Shown piece by piece: positions 43,746 to 55,502 of a stretch of DNA of 64,000 nucleotides; position 1 is the stretch's first letter, and every line of letters begins with the position of its first letter. The translations under genes and the position numbers were made by a program. The stretch covers positions 1 to 64,000 of the forward strand of contig QPMI01000508.1 of NCBI GenBank assembly GCA_004431415.1, written 5' to 3'. This DNA is from Cyanophora paradoxa CCMP329 (taxonomy: Eukaryota; Plantae; Glaucophyta). Under the pieces are notes generated by a model, which did no database searches, was not told the origin of the DNA, and was given only the letters and a program-made list of their open reading frames with translations.

Positions 43746-46250
43746 ATGCCGCAGAGCCTCAGAGCTAGCCTAGGCGCCCCCCCAGTCGATGATAGCGACG
43801 GGGCGGCGGTTGTTGTCCTTAATACGACCATTGCCCGGTTGGGCTTTTGCAAAAAAAAATGTACGCGCCATGATAGGCCATCCACCTACGCCGCCAAGAA
43901 GAGGCAAGCGAGAACCAAGCTGCTGAAACTCGGTATGACAGAAGATGGAGTGAAGCAGGTGCTTCGACTATTTGCCAGGCTGTAAATCAATATTAATTCG
44001 AAATTTCAATGCTATTAATATATTTGTATGTCATGATCTTGTTCTTATCTGCTATCAGGTCATCGCATCTACTGTGCATTTGAAATGCTACGAAACTACA
44101 GCGACCGACGAGCACATAAACCGATCTCTTTCAGGGGAGCAGGAAGGCACGGCATGGGTCTACAGCCTGGAGCGTGGCCTCATCGTCACTTGCCATCACT
44201 GCGTCTATGACGAACGCAATAAAAAGTTTCTTCGAGTGAGCTGCTGGTGTTAATCATGAGCTTGAGCCTGTCAATCCTATAGCGACGACATTAAATTAAA
44301 TACTCTGCAGCCGTTTCTGGACCTGGACGGAGACCTGATTGAGGCCCGTGTGCTGGGGCCGGGGCTCGACTCTCCGGTGGACATCGCAGTTCTCCAAGTG
44401 CCCCCCGAGTCGCTCTCCAATAAGAATCTGGTGTGTAATATTATTCTGTGAATAATAATGCGCGTGCTCATAATCATCGTATACGTAGCTATCGCTGGAG
44501 AACGCCGCACTTCTCCGATCTCAGGATTCGGTCGAACTGGCCTTTTCATTTTTCCGGGAATCTTTGACCACTGTCTCGAAAAAGGACATCCATGCGGCTT
44601 CTCGTCGGCGTCTTGCAGTCTTCACAGTCGGATTTCCAGCGGGAGTCGAGGGATACAATGTTGCTAACGGGCATCTGCTTGCATCCATTTCTTGCGTGCG
44701 TCATTTCTACAGCTATATATATTTAGCTAAATTTTTTTTTGAGAGACTACGGTGGGGCGAACCCCCCGTAGGTAGTGATATTAAAGACAACAAAGCAATC
44801 ACAAATCAAAGATACAGTAAACTAGCACAAAATATATACAGAATCAAGAGGGATCACGAGAAAGGACACGATCAGAAGAACGCAAAAGATAAGGAGAACG
44901 AGCACGAGGAGAAGGAGTAGAAGAGCTCAAGGGCGTCGATGCAGAAGTACTAGTCACACTAGAACGACGAGGAGCACGGGGACGCAGCAAATAAGGAGAA
45001 CGAGCACGAGGAACTACAGTCGAAGACGAAGATCTAGACGAAGACGACAAGACAGAGCTAACAGCAGAACTAGAAGACGTAGTCGCAGGAGGCAAAGGCG
45101 GTAGAACAGTAGGAGAGGCGAAACGTAGGACACCACTAGAGGGGAAAGTCGAAGCTGGCGGAGTGTCTAAACGGAATCGAGATTGTAGAGTTGGTAAAAC
45201 AATGGACGGCTGAAGACTAATCTGAGGAACTGGGGACGACACGAGGAAAGGGGCAGAGCTCGGGTGCAGACTCGGAATCGGCAGTATAAGAGGAGGGGCG
45301 AAACGCAAGCCAGTAGTGACAGGGAAGGCAGACGATGGGGCTGAACCAGGCGGGAGAGGCAAATATAGCGAAGTAGAAGAGAGAGAAGGGTACACACGAG
45401 GAACGTCACCATACACAAAATACTCGCTGCCAAAAACTATACGGTCTGACGGTCGCTGAAGATAAAGAGGCGGAACTGCCTGAGGGCTAACAGTGAGAGA
45501 TGGAGGAGGAAGAGGCAGAGCTAACGACAAAGGGAACGGAATCAAAGGTACAGGGAAGGCATGGAATACACGAGGAACTGGAAGGTGGAGGGGGCCAGTG
45601 CTCCTAACTAACATCGATGAAGCATCTGATGGAGGTGACGGCAAAACAACTGAGGGTAAACTAAGTTGAGGTGAAGCGAAGATTGATACAAGACTATCAT
45701 GAATCAAAGGGGGCCATGCAGGAACCGGCGGGCGAGGTGGATCTGGCGGGACAGCCAGAGGGGAAGCCGAAGGTACAGGAGAGGAAAGCCGCAGGCGCCG
45801 AGACACATGGACAGGGGACGGATCGGCATCGGGAGGCAAGGTTGAATTCGACGGAGACCGGGGGCGGCGGATTGCAAGGTTGAATATATTTAGCTAAAGC
45901 TCCTTGCGGATCGGAATTTTCTGAAATGTGGTCCTATATATAGCGACAGCTAATTCTCCTTGCATTTCAGATTGATCGAGACTACAAGAATAACTGTATG
46001 CGATTTGTGACGGATGCTCACACTTTCCCGGGGTTTTCTGGAGGGCCTGTGGTATTGAAGGATGGATCTATGATTGGCATGCATTTGAGCGCAATCAATC
46101 AAAGGAGTGTTACCAAAATGGGAAAGGTGAAAATCATTTTTTTTCCATATCACGATAGGGCAGACAAGTAAGACATCATGGGCAGAACTGGCAGTACGAC
46201 AAGCGCATCGATCACTTTGCATTCGCTCTTTCTGCCCACGACGTGCGTGC
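43746..46250 (+). CDS. Trypsin-like (Trypsin_2/HtrA-type) serine protease, multi-exon, with a retroelement inside
   Basis: Catalytic triad pieces LIVTCHHCV (~44180), DIAVL (~44380) and TDAHTFPGFSGGPV (~46010-46050); also VFTVGFP. Confidence 0.7.
44732..45883 (-). mobile_element. 5'-truncated poly(A)-tailed (non-LTR-type) retroelement with 15-bp TSD
   Basis: TSD ATATATTTAGCTAAA at 44717-44731 and 45884-45898. T9 run at the left end. The 3' end sequence recurs at 48227. Confidence 0.85.
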
Positions 46251-47771
46251 GCATGCGCGTGCCCGCGCGTCTCGTTGACGTCTCTAGAGTGACTCACAAC
46301 CGTGCAACGGCCAGCTAAGACGCCTCGTCGAATTCATTGTCCGGGGATTCGATGTGTTTGAGGACCCCGGCGTCGAAGACTGCCACCCGGACCGAAAGCT
46401 TCGCCGCCTTCAAAGGGAGGAGCTCGAGAGAAATACGCGTACCCTTCGCCTCGCGATCGTCGCGGCAGTTTCCGCCACCGGATGCTTTGCCGTTTATTTC
46501 TTCACAGCTTGTTCATGATGTCGATGTCGCTCAACGACGTCGACCGTTCGCGATATATATCCTTATTCTCAATGCTAGATCTCGATCAGAATTTCCTTGT
46601 CTAGATCTAATTATCGAAATTATACAATCGCGGTCTTGCAATTGATCATAATCTGTTATATATACGTGTCATCTGATGTAAATGAATTTAGTCCAACTTG
46701 CACAGAGTCTCGATCGCTGCGGGGTCCGGGCGGGTTCAAGCTTTCGTAGGGAGGGTTGCAGAATTATAGATCGCGATCGAGATAAATGGTCGGCGTTCGG
46801 TGAGGGAATATGGCCATGGAGGGAAGTCGAAAGGGTGGCTCATGAGCATGATCATATATATATGCACCCGTGCACGTGCATATGCGAAGTACACTTTAAA
46901 GAAACTTGAATCATTCCCTTACTTCATTCCCATTGCAATTTGAAGGATCCGTGGCCGACACTTCCCTGTCGGCGTCATGATCAGGGTTCCGGAGAATCTG
47001 ATTGTCGTTCGCGATTGCACATAATAAATATATCTATTGTCATGTACAGCTCGAGCTCGAGAGTTGTTTCCGTGACGTGACGGTTCCCTGCCGCTACCGT
47101 GGTTCGCCGCACCAGTTTGCAGCTTCTTGCCGCCGCGTATACATATGCATGTTTGCACGGACCTGTTCTCGGCTGCCGTGCCACGCTCTCGCGAAGTTGC
47201 AATCGCCGAGCCAGTACTAGTACTAGTGCAGCCCCGCACGCGGCAAGCGCTTATAATTAGCGACCATGTTAGCGCTTAAAATTCGAGGGTTTGCAGCTGC
47301 TATGCGGGCGATGACAGTTGCGGAAGCATGCCGGGGACAGAGGCTAAGAATATGCACTGCGCATGCAGCTGGCAAGTTGAAGTCTGCGACTGACCATGTG
47401 CATGATAATATTAATGAGCAGCTGCAGCTGAAATCCTGGATCCGAAACAAGGCGCAAATGCGAAGCGCATGCGCAGATTGGCAAGCTGACCGTACGCGTG
47501 GCCATATGCATTGGACGGCTACAGCTGCATCATCTGGTCATGTGCATGGGGCGAAATCATGGCGACATCGATATCGATCCGATGGCCAACCGTTCCTGAT
47601 CGGCGCGTGGTCTAGCTCAACATCAACATCACGAGCTCGAGCACGCGAGGTTTTGGATTCGCATCTGCAGCTTCAAGTGAAGGTCTGCTCGAAGAGTTCT
47701 CCCGATCGCGAGTCCCAAACCCTATCATGGCATGCATATGACTACTCATGATACAAACGCAGGATACCGAG

Positions 47772-48170
47772 ATGAAACTCGCTGTCATTCTGGCTAGGGG
47801 TATCTGCGAACAAAACTGGGAGTGCGCACATTATCTATTTTAAAATTTAAAGCGCCCAATATCAATTCACGATCCCATATGCATGCACAATGTCGGGTTT
47901 CTTCTGTTGCTCTAAAACTTGCAATTGAATGCATACATTGCAGCGTTCTGGATACCAGATGGCGTCTCGCGCAACTTTACTTTCGAAGCTATCGGCTCGA
48001 TGACGCCCGCGCCACGCTTGAGGTGCTTCTAATGTGCAAAGTTAATCTCCATCCCGGAATTGATCGGAAGCTTTGCCTCACATCTTCGGTACCACCTCGA
48101 GCAGCGCGTGGCAACTCATCGAGAGTGCATGGACGACGAGACCGTCGGCAGAGTGTTCCCCGACGTGCGC
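47772..48170 (+). CDS. Exons of an unknown host gene, paralogous to ~62130-62350
   Basis: RWRLAQLY..LEV / MDDETVGRVFPD versus RWRLASLY..CEV / MDDEALLKAFPD, with the same following donor GTGCGCCGC. Confidence 0.45.
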
Positions 48171-48219
48171 CGCGCTTAAAGCCCTGCAAAAATTGCTAGC
48201 CATATTTTGTATATATATG

Positions 48220-48360
48220 TTTTTTTCGAGAGACTACGGTGGGGCGAACCGCCCGGAATCACAATCACAGAGATCATAGACAATTGCAAGACACATAATC
48301 AAGAGGATAAGGAGAACGAGCACAAAGAGAAGTCGTAGAAAGCTCAAGGACGCAGCAGTC
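48220..48360 (-). mobile_element. Short 3' fragment of a related poly(A) retroelement
   Basis: T-run plus GAGAGACTACGGTGGGGCGAACC identical to 44741-44763; also ATAAGGAGAACGAGCAC. Confidence 0.75.
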
Positions 48361-49228
48361 ATATCTAAATAAATTAAACCTGTGCGTGCTCATGCGAAAT
48401 CAGAATAAACTGTTTAATAACTATTCGAGATCTATATTAATATTTGATAGAAACCAGCTGCGCATGCGTTTGCTACACGAAGACAGATGTACAGTTGCCG
48501 GCGCCGTGGCAATTAAATTAATCTGTTGAGCAGGCGGTAGACCTCTTTCGAACCTTGGGCGAGCTCCGGATTCGCGCGGGTGAGCGCGACAGCGAGGGAG
48601 CTCGTTCCGCGTTCGAGGTGCGCAACTCGTGCCTGGCTCGTACAGCACCGTCCGCAGCCCGATATGCTCGCCCCGGCAGCGTGCGGTACAGATGCACCAG
48701 AAAAACGTCCAAGAGGCGAATCGGCGCTTGTCGGATCATCGATATCCGAAATCGGGGCGGGCATCCGCAATCACGAAATCGAAAACATTCCTCCCGAAAC
48801 TTATATCAAAAGCAATTTCGAGACGTTTGGTCCAAACACTGCAATACCTGTTCAGTAAGCTGGTGTTAGCAGGCTTGAAACTGTTGCTCAGCAAGCTCAA
48901 GCTGGCACCGGTCCGGTGGGCTTGAAATTGTTGTTTTCTTGGCTGGCAGCATTCGTCGGCGTGGTCATCAAAATGATCTTTTAACCATAGACTCTTTTTA
49001 GCTTCGTATCGATATCCCCTGCCCCTGCGCATGCAGCATGCGCATCCAGGTTTCTTCGAGCTCGATTCTCCCTTGCGCTCCTGTACCGCATCGACCGTAT
49101 CTTGTACTAAACGGTAGTTCTCCGTCACAAAATTATAATATGCGTGCGATATCTCCGTCACAAAATTATAATATACGTGCGACATCGATTTTGATATGAA
49201 TTTGAAATAACGGAGGCCTGGGCGGGGT

Positions 49229-52200
49229 CTAGCCCTCGTAGTGCGGGGTGTACTCCTCGACCTTCTGGCCTGCGCCGCCGCGCGACTCCGGGCGCCACTG
49301 CTCGACGCCGACAACCCCCCGCCGGCTCGAGCCCGAGCGCGGCAGCGCGCGCCTCGCCGCGCGCCCCGACGAGCCGGCCGAGGCCGAGGCCGGCGCGGGG
49401 GCCGCCTCCGGGCGGCGGCGGCGGCGCGCTCGCTGTGCGGGGGCGCCTCCTCCGCGGGCCCACCAGCGGGGCGGCCCCGCGCAGCGCCGCCGCCGCCCGC
49501 TCCGGGGCGGCGATCGGCGGGAGGCGCGCGGGGAGTGGCGACCGCGAACGCGCCTCGGGCGGGGGTACACGGGCACCGAGGAGAAAACCGAGCCCGAGGG
49601 GCGCGGCCCCGCCGGCGGCGGCGGCCGCGCCGCCGACACCCGCGCCGGGGATCCCCGGAGGGCGGCCGGGGCGGGGCGGGGCCCGAGGGGGCCCCGGCGC
49701 CGTCTCCGGTGTCGCTGCCGGCGTCTGCGGGGCCGGCGCGGGGGCGGGGGCCTCGGGGAGGCCCACGGGGCGCGGGGGCCGCCTCCTCGGGGTCGCTGAC
49801 GCGCAGCGACGGGGCGGCGGGGGCCGGCGGGGCCCCCGCGCGGCGCGGGGCGGCGGAGGCGGCGCGGGAGGGAGGGGCGGGGGACGGCGGCGGGGCGGGG
49901 CGCGTGGGGCTGGGGGGCGGGGCGGGGCGCGGGGCGGGGCGCGCTCGCGGGCGGACTCGGCGAGGGCGGCGAGGGCCATGGCGCGGGCGGCGGAGGCGGA
50001 GGAGGGCGGGGCGGGGCGCGCGGGGGCCACCCCCGCCGCCCCGGCGTCGTCGAACGACTCCCGCGCCAGCGCCCCCTCCCCGCGCCGCACCCGCTGCCCC
50101 GCCCGCACCGCCCCGGACCCGGGCCCGCCGCCTCCTCCGGCGCCGGGCGCGGGCGGCGGGCGGGGCGGGCGGGTGCGGCTCGGGGGCGGGGCGGTCGTCG
50201 TCGGGGGCGGGGGCGGGCGGCGGCGGGTGGCGGAGCGGGGGCGCTCAGGGCTGAAGACGTCGGAGAGGCCGGCGCGGCGGCGCTCGCGGGCGCGCAGGAC
50301 GAGGGCGAGCCCCACGGCGCCCGCCACCAGCGCCGCGCCCCGACCGCCCCCGCCACCGCCCCCGCCACCGCCCCCGCGCTCAGGCCGCCGCCGGCGTCAA
50401 GGGCCGGGGCGGGGGCGTCGGGGCGAGGGCGGCGGGGCGGGCGAGGGAGGGGAAGGGGCTGGAGGCGGGGAGGCCGGCCTCGGGGTCGGGCGCCTGCAGC
50501 GCCGCCGCGAAGGCCGCCCGCTGCGCCTCGTACGCCCTGCCCCCGTCGGCCCCCGCCCCGCCGGCCCGCGGGGGCGGGCGGGCGGGCGCACCGGCGTCGA
50601 CGGGGGCCGAGACGTCGAGGACGGCGAACTCCGGGGGCAGGCCGCGGGCGGCGGCGGCGGCGGCGGGTCGGGGGCGGCGGGGGCGAGGAGGCGGGGGACG
50701 AGGGCGCGGAGGTCGGCGGCGGAGGCGGCGGGGCCGGGGAGCAGGGCGAGGTCGGCGAGCACGCTGCCCCGCGCAGCCGCCGTCACCGCCGCCCCTCCCC
50801 GGGGAGCTCCAGCAGCCGCGCCACGGCTGCCGCGAAGCGCGCCGCCGCCGACTGCCGGGGGCGTCGCCTGGAGGCGAGGGCCCCCGGGGGCGGGCGGGGT
50901 GTGGCGGGGCGGGGCGGGCCTGGTTGAAGGCGTCGAAGGCGGCCTCGAGGCGGACAGTGAAGACGAGCGCCCCGCCGCCGCCGGCACTGGCCTCGCCTCA
51001 GCGGCCCGGGGCGCGGGGCGCGTGGCGCGGGGCGCGGGGCGGGGCGGGCACGGGGCGAGACGAGGAAGGCGGCGTCGCGGCGGGCCGTCCCCCGCGCCCC
51101 CGACTCCACCTGCGCCCCGCCTCAGCGGCGCTGCGCCGGCGCGGCGCGGGGCGGGGCGGGGCTGCCTCGACGGCGTGGAGGCCGGCGCCGACGGGGCAGG
51201 CCGGGGGCGGCCCGACGGGGACGACGAGGGCGCCGGCGGGGGTGAGGGTGACGGCGGCCGGCGGGCAGGCGTAGGGCCCGAAGCGGAGGCCGACCAGGTC
51301 GCCCCGCCCGCCCCGCAGCAGGCCCTCCCCCGCGATCTGCCCCGCCCCGCTCGCCCCCGCGGGGCTGGCGATGCGCCGGCGGGGCGCACGGTGACGGCGA
51401 CGGCGGAGTCGTGGAGGGAGGGGATGGTCGCCGGCGAGACGCCCCGGATGAGCCCCGCTGCCGGCCCGTCGGGGGCGCCCCGGGCCGGGGCGGCGGCGGG
51501 GCGGACCGCGGACGGTGACGGGGGCGGAGGCGGCGGCGGTGGCGGGGTCGGCGGCGAAGGCGACTCGGACGAGGTAGGGGCCGGAGGGGAGGCCGGGGGG
51601 AGCGCGAAGGAGGCCGCCCCCGCCGCCGCCGCCGTCGCGTTCGCCAGGACCACCCCGGGCCCCTCCTGCCCCCCTCGTCGCGCCGGCTCGGGCCGGGGCG
51701 GGGGCGGGCGGGGGACAGACGGGGTCGGCGGCGGGCCGGAGCTCGACGCGGAGGGCGAGGGGGTTCCCCACGACGCTCCACGAGACCGCCGCCGTGTCGC
51801 CCCGCAGCCACGCGCCCCCGCCCCCGCCCCCGGCGTCACCCGCACCCCGCTCACCGCCCCTGCGGGGCGTAAGAGGCGCGGGACGGGGCGGGGCGGGGCG
51901 GGGCGGGCGGACCGGGGCGGACGTCGAGGCGGGTTGCGTCGCGGCGGGCGACGGTCGGGTCGTGCGCGTTGCGGATCTCGAGCTGGCATTCCCCGAGGGG
52001 CAGCCCCGGCGGCACCGTGTAGACCAGCCGCCCGCCCGTGCGCGAGGTCGCCGCGGCGGGGACGGAGGCGGCGGTGAAGAGGACGCGCTCGAGGCTGTCC
52101 ACGGGGCGGAAGAGCAGGTCCAGCGTGTCCACCTCTGCCCCCGGCTCAGCCCGCGCGCGGCGGGCTGCGGGCGGGGCGGGGCGGGGCGGACGGCCGGCGG

Positions 52201-54988
52201 AGGACCAGTCGAGGGCGAGCTGCCCGCCGCGGTACACGACGAAGTTCTCCAGCGTGAAGCGGTCGATGAGCGCTGCCCGCCCCGCCCCGTCGGCCCGGCG
52301 AGGCCGGGGGCGCGGGGGCGGGCGGGGGGCACCGGGGGTGACGGTGAAGGGCTCGCTGACGACGGTGATGACGCTCGGGTTCGCCGCCGTCCCTGCCCCC
52401 CCGCCTCAGCGGGGCGGGCGGGCGGGGGGGCGGGGCGGGCCGGCGACGATGCGGAGGCGGTAGCCGCCGGCGATGGCATCGGAGGGGACGCGCCAGGCGA
52501 GCCGGCGCGTGTTCGGCGCCCGCGCCGCCACCAGCGCCGCCCCCGAGCCCGGCAGCTGCTCCCCGCTCGCCGACACCGCCAGCAGCTCGATGCGCAGCTC
52601 GGGGAAAGGCCCCAGGCCGTACCTGCGGGGGTCAGGGCGGGGCGGGGCGGGGCGGGGCGGGGCGGGGACCAGGCGATGTCGTAGAGGGCGCCGCGGGTGA
52701 GGTCGGCGTTGGGGGCGGGGGCGGAGAAGCCGTTGCGGTCGGAGTAGAGGGCGAAGTCGGCGGTGCGGCAGAGGACGAGCGGGTCCTCCGAGGAGACGAC
52801 CTCGACGAAGTACGTCCCCTCGTCCACCCCCTCCCGCGGCATCACCAGCGAGGCCGCCGCGGGGGAGGCCGGGAGGCCGCGGGCGAGCTCGTGGGGGGCG
52901 ACCCCGAAGGAGGCGCGCGGGTCGCGGTTGAGGAGGCGGAAGGTGAGGCGCGAGACCGCCCCCGCCACGCCCCACGTCACCCGCACCCCCGACCCAAACG
53001 TCGCCGTCGCCGCCACGCTCCCGCACGTCACCCGCCCTGCCCCGCCCCGCCCCGCCCCGCTCGCCCCGCGCCGGGCCGGGCGGGGCGGGGACGGGGGCAC
53101 CGTCGGCGACGAGGAACTCGGGGGAGTCGGCGGCGACCTCCTCGTTCGCCTCGAAGCGCACCGAGAAGCTGTACACCCCTGCGCCCCGTCGCCCCGGGGC
53201 CCCACCCGGGGGGGGGGGGGGGGGGGGGGGGGGGCCTGGGCCCACCCGACGGGATGTCGGCGCCCGCCATCCACGTATAGGACTCTGCCGGCCGCGTGGG
53301 CCGGGGGGGCAGGACGGGGCGGGACGGGGCGGGACGGGGCGGGGCGGGGCGGGCGGACGGGCGTTGGAGACGGAGGCGAGGCGGGTCGGCGACGCGTCGG
53401 GCCCGATGACGTACACGACGACGCTCCACACGTCCCCCGTCCTGCCGCCCGCCTCGCCCCGCGCCCGGGCGCAGGGCGGGCCGGAGCAAGGGCGGGGCGC
53501 ACGTGAGCCAGCGGAGGTCGATGGGGGCGCCCTTGAGGAAGGCGTCGGCGGGCGTCGGGGCGGTGACCTCGATGGTGCCCAGCAGCTGCGTCGGCGCGAG
53601 CTCCACCCGGATCCCCGGGTCCGTCGAGGAGACAACCTGCCGCCCCCCGCCCCCCGCCCGCCTCGGCACTATGGCACTCGGCTCTCAGGGCGGGCGGGGC
53701 GGGACCTGGAGGCGGTAGTAGCCGGTCTCGACGCCGAGGGCGGGGATCTCCCACTCGTACCGCTGCTGCCCCGAAAGGGCCCTGCGCGGCGGTGAGGGCG
53801 GGGGGGGGGGGGGGCGGGGGGGGGGAGGGGGGAAGGGGAGGGGGGCGAGGGGAAAGGGCGGGGGCGGGGCGCACTGGCCGACGGCGCCGGTGGCGGCGTA
53901 CGTGAGCTCGAGGTCGTCCACGATGGCGAGCGCCTCCCCGCCCTCCTCGAAGCCCTCCGCCCCCTCCGGCCCCACCCCCACCGCCCGCACCGGCTGCGCC
54001 CCGATGTTCACCGCCGACCTGCGCCCCGCTCGCCACCGCTCGCCACCGCGCTGCGCGGCGGGGCGGCCGGCGGGCGGGGCGGCGGGCGCACACGCCGGAG
54101 GAGACGAAGGAGATGACGTAGGTGAGGCCGCGCGTCCACACCGAGCTCAGCGTCGCCCCCGTGTCGGCCTTGGGCGCGATCGCCAGCCTCGAGAGGACCC
54201 CTGCCGGCCCTCAGCGCGGGGCGCGGCGCCGGCGGCGGGGCGGGGCACCGAGGCGGATGGCCATGTCGAAGGTGGCGGTCTCGGAGGCCGTCACCGCCCG
54301 CACCTGGTACTTCGCCTGCTCCAGCCTGCCCGCCCGCTCGCCCCGCCCCCGCCCCGCGCCCCACCGGCGGCGCGCGCACGTGAGGGGGACGCTGCGGGCC
54401 GGCGTGAGAGGGAGGGCGGGGCGGGGCGGGGGCGGGGCGGGAAGGGCCCCGAGGCGCACGTCCACTCGTTGAAGGAGTCGGCCGTGTTGGAGACGATGGT
54501 CGTGTGCAGCGCGAAGCCCGTCGCCGTCTCCCGCCAGAGCGTCACCGTCTGCGCCCAGCGACCCCGCCTCGCCCCGCGCGCCGCCGCCCCAGGACGGCAC
54601 GCGTGGCGGGACGCACAGCGGCCTCCTCCAGGTTGTTCAGCAGGATCACCAGCGAGGCGCCCCGGTAGTACAGGTTCCCGTTCGTGCGGGGGATGATCTG
54701 GATGCTGACCCGCGCTGCGCAACCCCCGGCTGCTCAGCGCCGCCATACGAGCCCCTGCCGCCCCGGGCGCTTCGTTTCTATGCGGCCCTCGCCGGCGCTT
54801 CGTTCGACGTCGATAGCAAGCTAGCCGCAGCTAGCGCTTCGCGCCTCGGCCGCTGAGCCGCGTCCGGGCGCGCGGGACCCGTTTGAATGCGGGGCGGGCC
54901 TAAAGGCCGCAGACGCACCCTTGACGCTAGATATGCATAAAAGAATCAAAATAGCGGCCGCCAGCGGCCACGGCGGCGCGCTTCGCAT
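49229..54988 (-). CDS. Large type I membrane protein with repeated Ig-like beta-sandwich modules (multi-exon; 3' end approximate)
   Basis: Signal peptide MRSAPPWPLAAAILILLCISS. Repeated 'I.W...L.IEL...W.VP....G.Y.L.I' exons. TM segment ALVAGAVGLALVL followed by RARERRR. Confidence 0.6.
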
Positions 54989-55502
54989 TTCGCCGATGCG
55001 AACGAAGGGGTGCGCGTAGCCTAGACCCCGGAACCCGAACCGGGTACACATTTCTAGAACCGCCTTGCTTCGAATTTGGTGAGCAGCGCCCGCCCCCGAA
55101 CGTTGTAGAGTGAAGCAGACACGCAAATAGCTTTCCCCGACCGCCAGCCGTGCCCGCCTTCACGCTTCGGTTTTGCGCGGGATAGCTCCAGAGCGGAACG
55201 CGGCGGCCCGGCGATCTGCGTCCTTTTTGCACAGCGATAGCGAACGCAGTAGCTCAGTTTCGGGGACCTGGACGCATAGCTTAGTTTCCGGGCCCCTCGA
55301 GCTTTCGCGTGCTCATTCCGAATCCGGGCCTAGCCACCGCCGTTTTCGTGCATCGAGAATCGACGAAGCAAAACTGACTCGCTGAGCAGCCCGCGTACGT
55401 GCCGGGCGCAGTTGCAGAAAGCAGGCGGGAGGCAAGGTTCTTTTGTTTCTTTGCGCTTCGTTTCGCTTGAGCTCTGTTAGCCGATCTCTTTCTTCTTCGT
55501 AG

